Shown one piece after another: positions 17,445 to 20,000 of a stretch of 20,000 bases of DNA. The notes beneath the pieces were generated by a model, which saw nothing but the letters and a program-made list of their open reading frames with translations, had not been told where the DNA came from and did not search any database. The position numbers and the translations under genes were made by a program. This DNA is from Acidimicrobiia bacterium. GTDB taxonomy: Bacteria > Actinomycetota > Acidimicrobiia > Spongiisociales > JAHEDJ01. The stretch lies in contig JARGFH010000014.1 of NCBI GenBank assembly GCA_029210695.1, positions 44,109-64,108 on the forward strand, read 5' to 3'. Each line of letters opens with the position of its first letter. Position 1 is the stretch's first letter.

Positions 17445-18575
17445 TCAGTTGCCAAGACGGAGCACGGTGCTACGTGCATCCCTGCTTAGCGTGCGTGAAG
17501 CCAGCTGGGCCTCAAGGCGCTCTGCTGCGGCCTCGTCGGCGCCTTCGTAGAGATGGCCGTACACGTCCAGAACTGTGCGTACCGAGGTGTGGCCTAGCCG
17601 GTCGGCGATCACCTTCGGGTGTTCGCCCTGGGCGATGAGGAGCGCTACCTGGGATCGGCGCAGCGTGTGAGTTCCCAGGTCCTGGTCCAGGCCGGCACCG
17701 GCGAGGGCGCGCTTCCACACACGACGCATCCACGCCGTTCTCCGGATGGGGCCACCTTCCGGTGCCGGGAATATCCAGGCTTCCGGTCCGGTCTCATCGA
17801 GCCGGGCGATGTGCTCGATGAGTTGCTCGGTTATCGACCGGGGGAGCACGACGGTTCTTATGCTCTTCGTCGTCTTGGGTGGACCGACGATCACCTCGCC
17901 CCGCACGTCGGACGCCGTTCGGCGAACGCGGATCAGACTCCTGAGAGGATCGAAGTCGCCGAGTTGAAGACCAGCGAGCTCGCCGATCCGAAGCCCACCA
18001 AAGGCGCCGACGAGCACGAGTGCCCTATAGCGAGGGTCGATCGCATCGGCGAGACGCATCACCTCCTCGACCGTGAAGGCAACAGGTTCGCTCCGCTCGA
18101 TCTTGGGGAGCCGGACATCGCGGGCGGGGGAGAGGGCGATCAATCGATCTCGCACCGCCAACCGGAACACGCCGGAGGCGATCTGCCATGCCTTCTGGAC
18201 GGTGGCCGGCGCCTTGCCCTCCGCCATCAGATCGGCGACCCACGCCTCGAGATCAGACGGCTGCACGCTCCCGACCGGCTTGTCACCGAGGTGGGGGAGC
18301 ACGAGCGAGTGGAGATAGGACCGATCTCGAGCTTGGGTGGACTTCCGGAGCGCCACGCGCCCCGCCAACCACCGCTCGGCGACCGACTCGAATAGCACTC
18401 GCCCCGCCCGGGGGTCCACCCATTCCCCTCGGTCGAGCTTGACCAGTTCGTTGTTCAACCAGCGTTGGGCGTCGATCCGACGATCGAACGTCCGAGAGCG
18501 CCACCTCCGATCGGGAGCCTGATACCGCGCCCGGTACCTCCCGTTTTCGCGTCGGTCGATTGTCGTCCGGGCCAT
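17445..18575 (-). CDS. int: Tyrosine recombinase / phage-type integrase
   Basis: N-terminal arm-binding GRYRARY...RSRTF. Catalytic GLRIGE, PKT, HTLRR, LGH and VYGH. GAGGGAGG SD before ATG 18575. Confidence 0.95.
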   Translation of the reverse strand: MARTTIDRRENGRYRARYQAPDRRWRSRTFDRRIDAQRWLNNELVKLDRGEWVDPRAGRVLFESVAERWLAGRVALRKSTQARDRSYLHSLVLPHLGDKPVGSVQPSDLEAWVADLMAEGKAPATVQKAWQIASGVFRLAVRDRLIALSPARDVRLPKIERSEPVAFTVEEVMRLADAIDPRYRALVLVGAFGGLRIGELAGLQLGDFDPLRSLIRVRRTASDVRGEVIVGPPKTTKSIRTVVLPRSITEQLIEHIARLDETGPEAWIFPAPEGGPIRRTAWMRRVWKRALAGAGLDQDLGTHTLRRSQVALLIAQGEHPKVIADRLGHTSVRTVLDVYGHLYEGADEAAAERLEAQLASRTLSRDARSTVLRLGN

Positions 18576-18597
18576 GACGCCCTCCCTCGTGTCTCCG

Positions 18598-18831
18598 TCA
18601 TCCTCTCCCGCTGACACTACGTCGTCGGGACGACACAAACTCATGCGGTTTAGGCTCGATGCGTTCCTGGATCCACTGTTGCACGTCACGCCACCGGTAG
18701 CGGAGGTGCCGACCCACCCGAAACGCCGGCGGTCCCTCCCTCCGGTAGCGCCAGGCATAGAGCGTCTTGACCGGCACCTCGAGGTAGGCGGCGAGCTCGC
18801 GGACGTCGACAAGGCGCTCGTCGTGTTCCAT
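18598..18831 (-). CDS. xis: Excisionase-like HTH_17 DNA-binding protein
   Basis: LVDVRELAAYLEVPVKTLYAWRYRREGPPAFRVGRHLRYRWRDVQQW, directly upstream of int. Confidence 0.88.
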   Translation of the reverse strand: MEHDERLVDVRELAAYLEVPVKTLYAWRYRREGPPAFRVGRHLRYRWRDVQQWIQERIEPKPHEFVSSRRRSVSGRG

Positions 18832-18850
18832 CGCGAAATCATGCCGGGGC

Positions 18851-19150
18851 ACCCTGTCAGACGGATGTCAATTCGTTGCCATTGGAGTTGCACATTGCAG
18901 ATTCAGAGACTCGCCCCGTGGTTCGGGTGCCTCCGGTGGGAGCCTCGATAGAGCCAATGATTCCGGGCGTTGACAGGGTCCCTGACAGGGTTGCGGACAT
19001 TCTGCGGAAAGGGTGGTCGACGGCTCCGAGTGTGATCTCGACATGGCCGGGCTGCCGATCCGCCGCTCGAAGTGGCCTCGTGCCTACAACGAGAACAACA
19101 CAGGGGTAGAAAGGTCCCCGGCTTGCCGTATGACAGCCCGGTGACAGGGT
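18851..19150. repeat. TGACAGGGT x4 upstream of xis-int
   Basis: Forward copies at 18971, 18983 and 19142; inverted copy at 18851-18859. Confidence 0.65.
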
Positions 19151-19544
19151 CGTCGGGTTGGATGCCGCTCATGAGACGACCAGAACCGACCATGCCGACA
19201 CTGAATCCGATGGAGTGGCGCCGTGGAGGTGGCCATCCCACACGTCGGCTGGAGCGTGACCGCCACTGCAACGCAACACAAACGATGACGACAGCAGCGG
19301 AATCCGAATGCTTGCAGTCCCCAGGCACTGAACCGCCCCCACGCTCCGGAGAGCAATCGCCTCCAGCACTACGAACGTCGACGAAAGCGCACCGCACCCA
19401 GATCGCGATTCGCGCTCACCACCCTCCAACACCACACGCACGTGCAACACTTCCTGTGTCAAGCCCTGGGTGGTTTGGTTGGTGTTGTCAGGGCGCGTGG
19501 GAGTGGGGCCGCGGCGCGGCCCGTCAGCGGGTGGGTTGTTGGTT

Positions 19545-19928
19545 CTAGCCGGTTAGGGATTGGAGGTTGCCGTGCCGGTCGGGGTTGTAGGGGGTGTGGT
19601 CGGTCCAGCATCTCCAGATGACCCGGATCCAGGCTCGGGCCAGGACGCGGATGGCGTGGGGGTGGTCACAGCCTCTTGCTCGTGCCTGCCGGTAGACGTC
19701 GTTGGCCCATTGGTTGCCGTGGCGGCTGTTGTTGGCGTAGGTGGTGATGGCCTGTCGGAACCATTTGTTGCACGCCCGTCGGAACAGCACGTTTCTGTAT
19801 TTGCCGGATTGTCGGGTGATGGGAGACACGCCTGCTTGTGCGGCGACCGATTCTGCGTCTGGGTAGGCTTGGCGGACGTCGCCCCATTCGGCGAGCATTT
19901 GGGCGGCGTTGATCGTCCCGGAGTGAGG
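19545..19928 (-). pseudogene. IS110-family transposase, C-terminal part only
   Basis: PHSGTINAAQMLAEWGD...AGVSPITRQSGK...ACNKWFRQA...HAIRVLARAWIRVIW. Sequence upstream of 19928 is not IS110-like. An outward-facing TTGACA (minus strand, 19457-19462) lies in the presumed end. Confidence 0.85.
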
Positions 19929-20000
19929 TGTATCTGACTCTTTGATATAGGTCGCCGGGTTCCTAACCCAATTCATGGTCGGGTCCGGGGCGGGTTGTTT
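19929..20000 (-). mobile_element. Probable end of a second IS (IS481/IS3-like) inserted in the IS110 transposase
   Basis: TGTATCTGACTCTTTGATA begins exactly where IS110 similarity stops, and the TGT terminus fits these families. The partner IR would be outside the window. Confidence 0.45.

Noticed and set aside
18903..19548. Overlapping ORFs between xis and the IS110
   Set aside because: No motifs or convincing RBS; the composition is typical of spurious high-GC ORFs.
1..20000. CRISPR array or integron attC cassette array
   Set aside because: No regularly spaced repeat-spacer units or recurring attC-like sites were seen.

Overview
High-GC window, probably actinobacterial, that is almost entirely accessory DNA. 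Left part: a type II CBASS anti-phage operon on the minus strand (HNH-SAVED effector, CD-NTase with a ubiquitin-like RGG C-terminus, and a Cap2-like E2-E1 gene that runs off the window and is missing from the ORF track). It is transcribed divergently from a CapH/CapP-like pair (XRE HTH plus IrrE/ImmA peptidase). Middle part: a 7.05-kb segment (5882-12931) bounded by 34-bp terminal inverted repeats (32/34 identical) and a perfect 14-bp direct repeat, with no cognate transposase. It carries a P-loop kinase-2TM-Nudix fusion and three RxxxxH (HEPN-like) genes, one of them split by an IS3-family element. Next come a 3' tRNA-Val(CAC) fragment marking an att site, an AfsR/SARP regulator next to a secreted zincin gene with a SARP-type repeat promoter, a xis-int tyrosine integrase pair, and a truncated IS110 transposase apparently cut by another IS. 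All calls come from reading motifs by eye; no searches were run.
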